From Gammaproteobacteria bacterium (GTDB lineage: Bacteria > Pseudomonadota > Gammaproteobacteria > Eutrophobiales > Eutrophobiaceae): a stretch of 64,000 nt of DNA. The notes under the pieces are model-generated. The model did no database searches and was not told the DNA's origin. It was given only the letters and a program-made list of their open reading frames with translations. Below, piece after piece: positions 30,285 through 40,428 of the stretch. Within the stretch, counting starts at the first letter, position 1, and every line of letters begins with the position of its first letter. The position numbers were made by a program, and so were the translations under genes. The stretch lies in assembly GCA_965243205.1 (NCBI GenBank), contig CBDEUK010000001.1, positions 160,001 to 224,000 on the forward strand. The letters run 5' to 3'.

Positions 30285-31991
30285 TTAAAATTTTTGATTC
30301 AATAATTTTTGTAAGGTTTGTTCATCCAGAACACGAAAACAATTTTCTGTTTGATGGATGTTTTTATAACAAAATGAGAATAGTTGTTTTAATTCGTCAT
30401 CTGATAGTTTTTCAGGCAGTTGGTCATTTGCGCGTTCCGCTATTAACTCTATCAATAACGTCAATAATTCTTCATGCTCTTTTGCAGCGATCAATTCAAT
30501 AACTTGATCAAAGAAATTACGAATATCTATATACTGAACACATTCAGGCAATTGTTTAACCATTATGTGCTCTGGAGAATGGCGTCGAATAGCAAAACCT
30601 AATGTAGATAAAATTTCTTGTTCACTTTCTAGATAATCAATGTTTATTGCTGTATTTTGATATTCGAATGGAATAAGTAATGGACGGCTAATCACTTTAT
30701 TATCTTTTGTAATTTGTGAGCCCAATAATTCTTTTATTCTTTGTGTGCGAGTTTTATAAATATCTATTAACAAAAAGCCTTCATCGACATGATGAATACT
30801 ATATCGACCATTAAAACCAATATTATGGACATTCTGTTTTATAGACTTGTTAAGGTTTTTACTTTCTGACTCATATAGATATTGCACATTTTTTTCTTTA
30901 ACCATTGAAGTTTCAGAATCTGTCGATAATTCAATATTGTTATTTAAAGTCTGATTTTGAATAAAAGAAATATTAGATTTTTTTTCATTGAGTATTTGCT
31001 CCAAACAATGAAATACAAAATCATGTATATCACGAGGCTTATGAAATCGAACTTCCTGTTTACCCGGGTGAACATTGACGTCAAACTGTGAAGCCTGCAT
31101 TTCTAAAAAAATAACATAACAAGGATAACGACCAGGGTGTAACCTTTCATTAAATGCTAATTTAATGGCATGTTGAATATGCTTATCTTTTATAAAACGT
31201 TTATTTAAATAGAGATACTGTTTATCACTTTGATTACGTGCAATTTCAGGCGAGCCAACCCATCCCCATAACCTAAAATCTTTGTCTTTAAAATCAAAAG
31301 CGGTCATGTTTTTGATAAACTCTAAACCCAATATATCTTTCAATCGTCTTTCATAATCTTGTTCTGATGAAGATAGATTTAAACTGATTCGATTATTATG
31401 CTGCAGTTTTATAGCTGTATTAAAATGACAGAGTGAAATTGCTTTAACAGTTGATAAGATAGTTTGAAACTCAGTATTGGCAGAGCGTAAAAATTTTTTT
31501 CTCGCAGGAGTATTAAAAAATAAATCTTTAATTTCTACAGATGTACCTTTTTCATGTGCACACGGCTGAATATTAATTTTTCTATCGTTTAAAAACTCTA
31601 GTTGCATGCCATGTTTAGAATCATCACGACAACTTTGAATAGTAAATTTAGCCACCGACGCAATACTTGCTAGTGCTTCGCCACGGAAGCCAAAACTTTT
31701 TATCGAGTTTAAATCTTCACTTGTCGATAATTTACTGGTGCTATGGCTTTGTAAAGTTAACGATATATCGTCAGGATGAATCCCGTAACCATTGTCAGTA
31801 ACACGTATTAAATTAACGCCTGATTGTTCTATCTGAATTGAGATTTTTGTAGCAGCAGCATCTAAGGAATTCTCCAATAGTTCTTTAATTACTGAAGCAG
31901 GACGTTCGATAACTTCTCCTGCAGCTATTTGATTAGAGACTTGCGGATCCAATACTTTGATACGTGGAACATTTGTTTCGTCAGGCATCAT
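30285..31991 (-). CDS. mutL: DNA mismatch repair protein MutL
   Basis: NQIAAGEVIERPASVIKELLENSLDA, GFRGEALASI and DVNVHP. Confidence 0.95.
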   Translation of the reverse strand: MMPDETNVPRIKVLDPQVSNQIAAGEVIERPASVIKELLENSLDAAATKISIQIEQSGVNLIRVTDNGYGIHPDDISLTLQSHSTSKLSTSEDLNSIKSFGFRGEALASIASVAKFTIQSCRDDSKHGMQLEFLNDRKINIQPCAHEKGTSVEIKDLFFNTPARKKFLRSANTEFQTILSTVKAISLCHFNTAIKLQHNNRISLNLSSSEQDYERRLKDILGLEFIKNMTAFDFKDKDFRLWGWVGSPEIARNQSDKQYLYLNKRFIKDKHIQHAIKLAFNERLHPGRYPCYVIFLEMQASQFDVNVHPGKQEVRFHKPRDIHDFVFHCLEQILNEKKSNISFIQNQTLNNNIELSTDSETSMVKEKNVQYLYESESKNLNKSIKQNVHNIGFNGRYSIHHVDEGFLLIDIYKTRTQRIKELLGSQITKDNKVISRPLLIPFEYQNTAINIDYLESEQEILSTLGFAIRRHSPEHIMVKQLPECVQYIDIRNFFDQVIELIAAKEHEELLTLLIELIAERANDQLPEKLSDDELKQLFSFCYKNIHQTENCFRVLDEQTLQKLLNQKF

Positions 31992-32039
31992 AGGATGATA
32001 CCTTAAAGCAGAGTCAAAGTTCGAATGATATAGAAAGGT

Positions 32040-33353
32040 TTAGATTTCTTCAGGGATGGTCAATACCATACCAATACGCAATTGATCAGATTTTAAACCA
32101 TTATGTTTTTTGAGTTTTTGTGTGCTCACACTGTACATCTGTGCAATTTCCGAAAGTGTATCACCTTTAGCAATCGTATGTTTACGACGTTTCGATACGC
32201 TCGCAATATAAGTACCTTCTAGAGGATAATCGTAAAAATAATCCTTCAAGCCCTTAAGAATCGATTTTGCTAAGCGTCCTTGATATTCAGACGTTTTTAA
32301 ACGTTTTTCTTCAGATGGGTTCGAGATATAAGCAGTCTCAATTAAAATAGATGGAATATCAGGGGATTTTAAAACTGCAAATCCAGCCGACTGCACACGT
32401 TTCTTATGTACCTTGCCTAAACCTTTCAACCCTGAGAGTACACGGTCTGCAACATCAATACTGGCTTCCAAACTAGCTGTTTGTGAAAGGTCCAATAGAA
32501 CAGACGCCAATACATTATCTTTATCATCCAAACTAACACCACCGATTAAATCAGAACGGTTTTCTTGTTCCGCCAACCAACGAGCCGCCTCACTACTTGC
32601 CCCACGTTTGGATAAGATATATACCGAAGAACCACGTACTTTGGGATCTTTAAATGCGTCTGCATGAATGGAGATAAATAAGTCTGCTTTATTTTTTCGT
32701 GCCTTTTCAATTCGATCACGAAGACGAATAAAATAATCTCCTTCCCTGATCAAAACTGCCTTCATACCTTTTTCTTTGTTGATCAACGCTGCTAAACGTT
32801 TAGAAATGCTGTACACAACATCTTTTTCAAAGGTACCACTAGGGCCACGTGCTCCTGGGTCATCACCACCATGACCTGCATCAATCGCGACAATAACATC
32901 ACGTTGCTTTGATTTGATAGATGAAGCAGCTGTTTTAGCTTTAGCTGTTGATGATGATGCCAAATCAGCTTTTGATGTGACATCAATAACTAAGCGATGA
33001 CCATATTGCTTATTCGGTTCGAGTAGAAAACTATTAATCTTTGCAGCTTGTTTTAAATCCAAAACGATTCGCTGATCGGTCTTGTTTCGGGTACCACTGC
33101 GAATTTGTTTGATCAGTTTATCTTCAGATTTTGGCTGACTCAGTTTTTTAATCTCTGAGGTATTTTTAATATCAATGACTAAACGTTCAGGGTTCGATAG
33201 TTGAGTAATTTGGTGCTCAACTGGATTGGAAACATCGAGCACAACACGAGTGTTATCTGGAGCAGCCCAGATACGCACATTTTTTACTGTCGTCTCGGCG
33301 TTGACTTGCCCAAGGCTAGCAGCGGCTAAAATTAAGCTGATTATCAGTCGCAT
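32040..33353 (-). CDS. amiB: N-acetylmuramoyl-L-alanine amidase (AMIN + Amidase_3 + LysM)
   Basis: IDAGHGGDDPGA, SIHADA, LIETAYISN and a C-terminal LysM; sits between tsaE and mutL. Confidence 0.9.
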   Translation of the reverse strand: MRLIISLILAAASLGQVNAETTVKNVRIWAAPDNTRVVLDVSNPVEHQITQLSNPERLVIDIKNTSEIKKLSQPKSEDKLIKQIRSGTRNKTDQRIVLDLKQAAKINSFLLEPNKQYGHRLVIDVTSKADLASSSTAKAKTAASSIKSKQRDVIVAIDAGHGGDDPGARGPSGTFEKDVVYSISKRLAALINKEKGMKAVLIREGDYFIRLRDRIEKARKNKADLFISIHADAFKDPKVRGSSVYILSKRGASSEAARWLAEQENRSDLIGGVSLDDKDNVLASVLLDLSQTASLEASIDVADRVLSGLKGLGKVHKKRVQSAGFAVLKSPDIPSILIETAYISNPSEEKRLKTSEYQGRLAKSILKGLKDYFYDYPLEGTYIASVSKRRKHTIAKGDTLSEIAQMYSVSTQKLKKHNGLKSDQLRIGMVLTIPEEI

Positions 33354-33501
33354 GTCATTGAATTTAAAATATTTTCTAATCAATTAGTATAAATATTTAG
33401 TTTATATAATTACTTTTTGCAAGTTAACTTTAGAAAGTCTAACTAAATTATTGTTTAATATCAAAATTTTTATAAAAAATAAAATCTTTTATAATAAAAT
33501 T

Positions 33502-33954
33502 TTAAGCTAGTTTTGAAATAAAAAGCTTGCCGTTTTCTGAGTTCGAAACCAGCGAAACGATTCTTGCTTCATCACAATAATCAATTTTTATTAAGACATC
33601 GGGACAATCAAGAAATTCTTTGGCCTTTTCAGGCCATTCCACTAAGCACATCGCAGAATCTTCAAAGTAATCTCTAATACCTATTGCTTCTAATTCCTCA
33701 GGATCATTCACTCGGTAGAGATCAAAGTGATAAAAATTTCTATCTTGTAAATAATATGGCTCAACTAAAGTAAATGTTGGACTTTTGACCGTCCCTACAT
33801 GACCTAACGCTTGCAATAAACCACGTACGAAACTGGTTTTTCCTGCGCCTAATTCACCTGCAAAATAAAGTTTATTAATTATATGTAGATGAGGAGAAAA
33901 ACTCGCAGCAAATTGTTCCATTTCTTCCACGCTGGCAATTTGTTTTGTAAACAT
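33502..33954 (-). CDS. tsaE: tRNA threonylcarbamoyladenosine biosynthesis ATPase
   Basis: GELGAGKT, VKSPTFTLVEPY, HFDLYR and VEWPE. Confidence 0.96.
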   Translation of the reverse strand: MFTKQIASVEEMEQFAASFSPHLHIINKLYFAGELGAGKTSFVRGLLQALGHVGTVKSPTFTLVEPYYLQDRNFYHFDLYRVNDPEELEAIGIRDYFEDSAMCLVEWPEKAKEFLDCPDVLIKIDYCDEARIVSLVSNSENGKLFISKLA

Positions 33955-33958
33955 AATC

Positions 33959-35440
33959 TTAACTGTTTATTAAATATCGTAGATATGGCATCAAGTCATT
34001 GGCAAGTAAGCCGCATTCCCCTAATACCGCGGCTTCATCAGCCGCCGCACTGTGTAAACACACACCAAGCTTAGCAGCTAAATCCAATTCAAAACCTTGA
34101 GCAACTAACGCAGCAATAACACCTGTAAGAACATCACCCATACCGCCTGTTGCCATGCCTGGATTTCCATCAGAACATACTGAAATGTCCCCTGCAGTAT
34201 CCATGACTAATGTGCCAGAACCTTTTAACACAACGATTCCGCCATATATCTCTTGTAATCTTTGCACAGCTGCAAACCGATTCGCTTGCACTTCTTGAGT
34301 TGAACAATTTAGTAATCGAGCCGCTTCACCAGGATGAGGCGTAATAATACGGTTATTATTTTTATAAGGCTCTTTAACTAATAAATTTAAGGCATCTGCA
34401 TCCATGACTTGTGGTTGCTTAGCCTCTATCACCCGTGCAAATAATTCTATTGACCATTCGGTTTGCGCTAAACCAGGGCCTATCGCTATAACAGATGTAT
34501 TTTTAATAAGTCTGCCTAACTCTTTATAACTTTCAACGCTATGAACCATTAACTCGGGTCGGCCAATATTTAAAGTGTTTGCATGTTCTCCTCTAGTTGC
34601 AACTGAAACCAAACCAGCTCCTGTACGAGCTGAAGCCTCTGCACACATCCTAGCAGCACCTGCGTAACCTTTGTTTCCACCAATCACAAGCACATGGCCG
34701 TTACTACCTTTATGTGAACTCGCAATCCTTTTGGGAATGAGTGATTTTAAAGTATCAAAATTAATTCGATAACTATTAGGCTTAGGAATTTTTTTATAAA
34801 CAGAATCTGGTATGGAAAGGTCATCGAACTCGCTCTCTCCACAATAATCACGACCTTGCCCTGTAAATAATCCTTGCTTGAGTCCAATAAAGCTGATGGT
34901 TCTATTAGCTTGAATAGCTAGTCCCATTGGCATACCAGTATCAGCATTTAAACCTGAAGGAATATCAATGGATAAAACGGGTGAATTCGTTGCATTAATT
35001 ATCTCTATAATTTTGGCAAAATCACCTGTGACATCACGATCCAAACCGGTTCCAAATATTGCATCAACAATAACATCATTATTATCAAAACTATGCTCAG
35101 AAATATTTTTTATACTTAGCCCTGTTGAAATTAAATCCTGATAACACTGCAAGGCATCGCCTTTCAGCTTTGCTACATCACCAATTTGAATAACAGAAAC
35201 ATTATAAGACTGTTGTTGAGCTAAACGTGCAACTACATAACCATCGCCAGCATTATTGCCTAAACCACAAACAACTGTTATTCGCTTTGATAATGGCCAA
35301 GATTTCTTTAAATATTCAAACGCAACATGTCCTGCACGTTGCATTAAGATTAATCCTGCTATACCTTCTTCTTCGATAGCAATGCGGTCAAGTTCTCTTA
35401 CTTGTTGAGCAGTATATAAATTGTTTGGAAGATTATTCAT
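33959..35440 (-). CDS. nnr: bifunctional NAD(P)H-hydrate epimerase/dehydratase
   Basis: GNNAGDG, DAIFGTG, DIPSG, TPHPGEAARL and GMGDVLTG. Confidence 0.95.
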   Translation of the reverse strand: MNNLPNNLYTAQQVRELDRIAIEEEGIAGLILMQRAGHVAFEYLKKSWPLSKRITVVCGLGNNAGDGYVVARLAQQQSYNVSVIQIGDVAKLKGDALQCYQDLISTGLSIKNISEHSFDNNDVIVDAIFGTGLDRDVTGDFAKIIEIINATNSPVLSIDIPSGLNADTGMPMGLAIQANRTISFIGLKQGLFTGQGRDYCGESEFDDLSIPDSVYKKIPKPNSYRINFDTLKSLIPKRIASSHKGSNGHVLVIGGNKGYAGAARMCAEASARTGAGLVSVATRGEHANTLNIGRPELMVHSVESYKELGRLIKNTSVIAIGPGLAQTEWSIELFARVIEAKQPQVMDADALNLLVKEPYKNNNRIITPHPGEAARLLNCSTQEVQANRFAAVQRLQEIYGGIVVLKGSGTLVMDTAGDISVCSDGNPGMATGGMGDVLTGVIAALVAQGFELDLAAKLGVCLHSAAADEAAVLGECGLLANDLMPYLRYLINS

Positions 35441-35461
35441 GAATCTATGAATAAATGCATT

Positions 35462-36007
35462 TTAAGGTTTTACAAAATAATGCTCTCGATAAAATCGCAT
35501 CTCATTGATCGAATCTCGAATATCATCCATGGCCAAATGCGAAGATTCTTTTTTGAATTCAGGACCATTGGAATACCAACGTTTGACCGCTTCTTTGACC
35601 GTGCTCACATCAAAATTTCGATAATGAAAATATTTTTCAAGCGTTGGCATTAAACGATGCATAAAGCGGCGATCCTGACAGATGCTATTTCCGCACATTG
35701 GTGAACTTCGTTCTGTAACGAACTTTTGTACAAATTCTAACGTCTTATTCTCTGCATCCTGCACGGTATATTGGCTGTTTTTAATCCGATCAACCAAACC
35801 TGAATTGGTATGTTGGGTGGTATTCCATTCATCCATAGCATCCAAAATATCGTTGCTTTGGTGAATAGCAATCACTGGGCCTTCTGCTAAGATATCAAGC
35901 TGAGGGTCGGTAATAATAGTGGCAATTTCAATGATCAGATCATTATCGGTATCCAGCCCCGTCATTTCGAGGTCGATCCAGATGAGATTATCGGCGGATT
36001 GGGACAT
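35462..36007 (-). CDS. orn: oligoribonuclease
   Basis: [20 protein letters not shown] and [10 protein letters not shown]. Confidence 0.97.
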   Translation of the reverse strand: MSQSADNLIWIDLEMTGLDTDNDLIIEIATIITDPQLDILAEGPVIAIHQSNDILDAMDEWNTTQHTNSGLVDRIKNSQYTVQDAENKTLEFVQKFVTERSSPMCGNSICQDRRFMHRLMPTLEKYFHYRNFDVSTVKEAVKRWYSNGPEFKKESSHLAMDDIRDSINEMRFYREHYFVKP

Positions 36008-36058
36008 AATTGATTCTCTTAAATTAACTAAATTTAGTAACGGCAGATATCCAACATT

Positions 36059-37303
36059 ATGAACACATTTAGTATTATTTTCATTGCCGCATTAGTTGCA
36101 GGCATTTTTTTAGAATGGTTTTTACTATTTCGCCATAAAAGCCACGTACAGGCCCATCGAGAGGCTGTACCTAATGCATTTGCCGATACCATACCATTGG
36201 AATCTCACCAAAAAGCGGCCGATTATACTATGGCAAAAGGCGTACTAGCCCGTTTTGATATCTTACTAGGTGGAATTGTATTACTGCTCTGGACTTTAGG
36301 CGGCGGCTTAGAATTTTTAGATCAATCAATCCAACGGTTTGGATTATCAGAATTATGGACTGGGGCCATTGTGATTATTGCTTTCATGCTTATTAGTAGC
36401 ATTATCGATATTCCCGTTTCGCTCTATCAAAACTTTAGCCTCGAAGAAAAATTTGGTTTCAATAAAATGACACTAGGTGTTTTCTTCTCGGACATGATAA
36501 AAAACACCTTAGTCATGTTGGCTTTAGGCGTACCAATTTTATTATTGGTATTATGGATCATGCAAAATATGGGTAATAACTGGTGGTTATACGCATGGAT
36601 CACTATGGTTGGCTTTTTAGTATTTATGACTTGGGCCTACCCTGCCTTTATTGCCCCTATCTTTAATAAATTTAAACCACTTGAGGATAAAGAATTACAA
36701 GCTCGCATCGAGGATCTGTTGACTCGTAATGGTTTTAAAAGCCAAGGTGTGTTCGTCATGGATGGTTCTTTACGATCAACTCATGGTAATGCCTACTTTG
36801 CAGGCTTTGGTAGTAATAAACGCATTGTATTTTTTGATACCTTAATTGAAATCTTGAATTATGATGAGATCGAAGCTGTTTTAGCTCATGAACTAGGCCA
36901 TTTCAAACGTAACCATGTTAAAAAATTAACGGCCTTACAGTTTGTTATTTTATTTGTCGGTTTTGCTGCACTTGGTTGGTTAATTAATCAGGCTTGGTTT
37001 TATCAAGGTTTAGGTGTTAGTCAACCTTCCAATTATATGGCTTTATTATTGTTCAGTATTGTTTCACCTGTATTTTTACAGTTCATCATGCCATCTATTA
37101 AAGTATTAACACGTAAATACGAATTCGAGGCCGATGACTTTGCTTCTGAACAAGCTAAGCCAGCAGATCTGATCAGTGCTCTAGTGAGTTTGTACAAAGA
37201 AAATGCAAATACATTAACGCCTGATCCACTGTATTCTGCGTTTCATGATTCTCATCCACCAGCACCGATACGTATTGCACATCTAAATGCAAAACCCAGC
37301 TAG
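36059..37303 (+). CDS. M48 family (Ste24-like) membrane zinc metallopeptidase
   Basis: [20 protein letters not shown] and DSHPP. Confidence 0.93.
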   Translation: MNTFSIIFIAALVAGIFLEWFLLFRHKSHVQAHREAVPNAFADTIPLESHQKAADYTMAKGVLARFDILLGGIVLLLWTLGGGLEFLDQSIQRFGLSELWTGAIVIIAFMLISSIIDIPVSLYQNFSLEEKFGFNKMTLGVFFSDMIKNTLVMLALGVPILLLVLWIMQNMGNNWWLYAWITMVGFLVFMTWAYPAFIAPIFNKFKPLEDKELQARIEDLLTRNGFKSQGVFVMDGSLRSTHGNAYFAGFGSNKRIVFFDTLIEILNYDEIEAVLAHELGHFKRNHVKKLTALQFVILFVGFAALGWLINQAWFYQGLGVSQPSNYMALLLFSIVSPVFLQFIMPSIKVLTRKYEFEADDFASEQAKPADLISALVSLYKENANTLTPDPLYSAFHDSHPPAPIRIAHLNAKPS

Positions 37304-37309
37304 TTCAGT

Positions 37310-37624
37310 ATGCTCGAATTAATGGGATCAAAAATAATAAAAAAAGCAGGGACGCTTTTTATTTATACGTTATTTCTTACTATCACTAAACAGCCCTTTG
37401 CTGCCGATATAATAAATGGCGAACAATTGCATAATGAAAATTGTACACGTTGCCATCAGCCTACTATTTATCAACGAGATGAGCGTATTGTAAAAAACCT
37501 GCAACACTTGCGTACTCAAGTTCAGTTTTGTGAAGTATCCAATGATTTAACATGGTTTGATGAAGAAGTGGATGATGTAACTGAGTATTTGAATATGAAT
37601 TATTATTTTTTTGAAATTAAATAA
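37310..37624 (+). CDS. small monoheme c-type cytochrome
   Basis: Signal peptide-like N-terminus and CTRCH haem motif. Confidence 0.8.
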   Translation: MLELMGSKIIKKAGTLFIYTLFLTITKQPFAADIINGEQLHNENCTRCHQPTIYQRDERIVKNLQHLRTQVQFCEVSNDLTWFDEEVDDVTEYLNMNYYFFEIK

Positions 37625-37646
37625 TTATGATTTTTACTAAACAAAT

Positions 37647-37673
37647 AAAAAAGGGGCTATAAAGCCCCTTTTT
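37647..37673. terminator. bidirectional rho-independent terminator
   Basis: AAAAAAGGGGCT-ATAA-AGCCCCTTTTT between convergent genes. Confidence 0.85.
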
Positions 37674-37696
37674 AGTCTTTGTTGAATTATCAGTAA

Positions 37697-38461
37697 TTAC
37701 TGAACAACTTCAAACTCAACACGACGATTTAGTCGTCGACCAATTTCAGTGCTGTTATCACCAACTGGATATAACTCACCACTACCAGATGCAACAACAG
37801 AAGATGGACTCATACCTTTATTGATCATGTATTGACGTACAGATTCTGCACGACGCTCAGACAAACCTTGGTTATATGCTTGAGAACCACGGCTATCAGC
37901 ATGACCAATCACATTTAACTGGGTAACGCCCACAGATGTTAATTGATTATATAAGTTGTCTAATACACCATAGGCTTCCGGCTTAATTTTCGCACTTGCA
38001 GTATCAAATAATACATCACCTGCAAGAGTAAAGTTGATTGAACAACCTTTAGCATCAACAGTATCACCTAATGGAGTTTCAGGACATTCATCCATATAAT
38101 CATAAACGCCATCGCCATCAGTATCTTTAGGACAACCTGTCGAATCAACAGGTGCGCCAGCAGGAGTATTTGGACATTGATCATCTGCATCAACTACACC
38201 GTCACCATCACTATCAGCAGGAGCGGCCATTGGTTCTGGAGCGGGAGCGGGAGCAGCACCACCACACGCCTCTGGTAAAGACACATTGCCGGCATTTTTA
38301 GTTGCCCAACATTCACCTTTACCACTTGTTACCATAGTTCCATCTTTTTGAACTAAATAACCAGTGTTTGAAGCATTAGCGCTCATTGGTAAAGCAAATA
38401 CTATCATTGCTGTGATAACAGCTGTAGATAAAGTATTAACAGCTTTTTTTATTAAAGACAT
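37697..38461 (-). CDS. OmpA-family peptidoglycan-binding protein with thrombospondin type-3-like Ca-binding repeats
   Basis: DSDGDGVVDADDQCP and DTDGDGVYDYMDECP repeats; GHADSRG..YNQGLSERRA and NRRVE. Confidence 0.9.
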   Translation of the reverse strand: MSLIKKAVNTLSTAVITAMIVFALPMSANASNTGYLVQKDGTMVTSGKGECWATKNAGNVSLPEACGGAAPAPAPEPMAAPADSDGDGVVDADDQCPNTPAGAPVDSTGCPKDTDGDGVYDYMDECPETPLGDTVDAKGCSINFTLAGDVLFDTASAKIKPEAYGVLDNLYNQLTSVGVTQLNVIGHADSRGSQAYNQGLSERRAESVRQYMINKGMSPSSVVASGSGELYPVGDNSTEIGRRLNRRVEFEVVQ

Positions 38462-38716
38462 AAATTATCCCCTAAGAAAGTGTATGTTTATCAATAAAAT
38501 TTTGCTCTTATTTAGCTAAATAAGAGTACGAAAATAGTATAAGCAAACTTTGTATGAATGTAAGCAAAAAAAACTAATATTTTTAATAAATTAATGGAAC
38601 TTTAATATCGAATCTCAATACATTAATTTTATTTTTTAAGTATCAGTTATAACGTTTTAAAATCTATTTGAATCAGTTTTAAACTTTTCAAGCAATATTC
38701 ACCTCTAAAATTTTGA

Positions 38717-38733
38717 TGCGACAATTTGTCACA
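38717..38733. promoter_or_regulatory. RegA/PrrA(RoxR)-like operator upstream of cytochrome c
   Basis: TGCGAC-AATTT-GTCACA imperfect palindrome 55 bp before the start. Confidence 0.4.
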
Positions 38734-38788
38734 TTTTCAAAATAAAAAATATTGATAGACTTCACATGACATTAGGAGGTAATGAGTT

Positions 38789-39196
38789 ATGTTGAAAAAA
38801 ATAGGTATTATTCTTTTAACCACTTTATCGTTTTCAATCTACGCAGAAGAAAATACAGCTTCTGAAAAACCATACGAAATTGTAGATGGAAATATTAGTG
38901 AAAACGCAATTGAAGGTTGGAAAACCTACAATGGCGGCGGCTGTGGCGCATGTCACGGTAAAGGCGGGCAAGGAGCTGTTGGCCCAAATCTAGGTGAAAG
39001 TGTCACCCAAAAGCTTTCAAAAGATGAATTCGTTAACATTGTTACAAATGGAAAATCTGGCACTATGATGCGTGCCCATAAAACCAATAAACGTGTTATG
39101 GATAATTTAGATAATCTATACGCTTATCTAGTCGCACGTGGTGACGATGTACTTGGCCCTTATAATTTGATTAAATTCCCAATGGGCAAACAATAA
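38789..39196 (+). CDS. periplasmic monoheme c-type cytochrome
   Basis: Strong RBS (AGGAGG), signal peptide, CGACH and a distal Met region (GTMMRA). Confidence 0.88.
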   Translation: MLKKIGIILLTTLSFSIYAEENTASEKPYEIVDGNISENAIEGWKTYNGGGCGACHGKGGQGAVGPNLGESVTQKLSKDEFVNIVTNGKSGTMMRAHKTNKRVMDNLDNLYAYLVARGDDVLGPYNLIKFPMGKQ

Positions 39197-39243
39197 ACTT
39201 CTAACTATCTATCCACTGGAAAGTAAAATACAAGGATGTTCTT

Positions 39244-39804
39244 TTATAAACTATCTGGCCCTTTAGAATTTGTTCTATTAATAACCACGTAATCACCTTT
39301 AGCATTGGTAATCACTATCGCAGCTTTTTTATTAAAAACTTTTTTATTAATAGAATCGTCTGAAATTTTGGTATGCATCATATCACTGTGATTACGAATC
39401 ACTTGACCTAAATTCCGTTCTTTAATCAAACGTTTTGATTTCATTTGTTCAAAAACATGTCCCCAACTATTAAGCTCTAGATTTTTAGAAGCAATTTTTT
39501 CTAAACTCCAATAAGCTGTAGAAAGTTCTATTTCAATAGGTCTTTGACTGCGTCCAGAAAACTGCGCATTGAATAAAGCTTGAGCAATTTTTTTATTGCC
39601 ATTCGATAATTCATTAAAACGTTTAAATTTAACTGGATCAGCACTGTAATTATTTTTTAAAGGATCTTGATTCTTTTGAATGTTTACGGCAGGCGTATGA
39701 TTTGCATACATCAAGTTATCTGCAACAGAAGATTGTATCGTTATTAATCCTGTGAACAATAAACTGAATGTTAATATTTGTTTAAGATAGAGTGTTTTAT
39801 TCAT
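39244..39804 (-). CDS. secreted hypothetical protein
   Basis: 186-aa ORF with a signal peptide (QSSVA), co-oriented with the upstream lipoprotein gene. Confidence 0.6.
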   Translation of the reverse strand: MNKTLYLKQILTFSLLFTGLITIQSSVADNLMYANHTPAVNIQKNQDPLKNNYSADPVKFKRFNELSNGNKKIAQALFNAQFSGRSQRPIEIELSTAYWSLEKIASKNLELNSWGHVFEQMKSKRLIKERNLGQVIRNHSDMMHTKISDDSINKKVFNKKAAIVITNAKGDYVVINRTNSKGPDSL

Positions 39805-39823
39805 AGCATTAGTACCTGAAGAT

Positions 39824-40243
39824 TTAGTTCATGTGATATGCGGTCTGCACAATAATTTCTGTCGCTGTTGAGCTGTCTTTAAAAAACACATCATCATGTC
39901 TTTTAACAATGACCTGCATACGAGTTGCATTAGAAGTAATTTTTTCTAACTCGACATCAATCATACGGGTATCAGTGGTTCCTTTTATCTGCCATCCTGG
40001 CTCGACTTCTTTAATATCCGTAACGGGTATATCCATAAGACTCAAGCTTTGTAATGTTGCTGAATGAACATCATCAATCGAAGCTGTGAAAGTTTTTTGT
40101 GCAATACCACCTAGAGAATGATCAACACCTGCTTGAGCAACAACACCACCAGCAGTCATCGCTAAGCCTGCACAACCCGATAGTCCCATCATTAAAGGTA
40201 AGAATAGAATACAACTGAATTGTTTTACTGACTTTATATTCAT
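39824..40243 (-). CDS. DUF3568-like lipoprotein
   Basis: Lipobox LSGC followed by a Gly/Ala-rich segment and a small alpha/beta domain. Confidence 0.65.
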   Translation of the reverse strand: MNIKSVKQFSCILFLPLMMGLSGCAGLAMTAGGVVAQAGVDHSLGGIAQKTFTASIDDVHSATLQSLSLMDIPVTDIKEVEPGWQIKGTTDTRMIDVELEKITSNATRMQVIVKRHDDVFFKDSSTATEIIVQTAYHMN

Positions 40244-40428
40244 GTCGATACACCGTGTAAATGTTTATGCCATTAATAATGTTTGGCATTTAATTGTTAT
40301 ATCGACTGAGTATATGAATTACTCTAGGAAACTGTGAATTTTAATGATTAAAACGTGTGATAGTTTGCAAAAGCTTTTTTTAACGTGAATAAAAATAGAA
40401 ACGGTTCACATTTTTCAGTGCTTGATTA

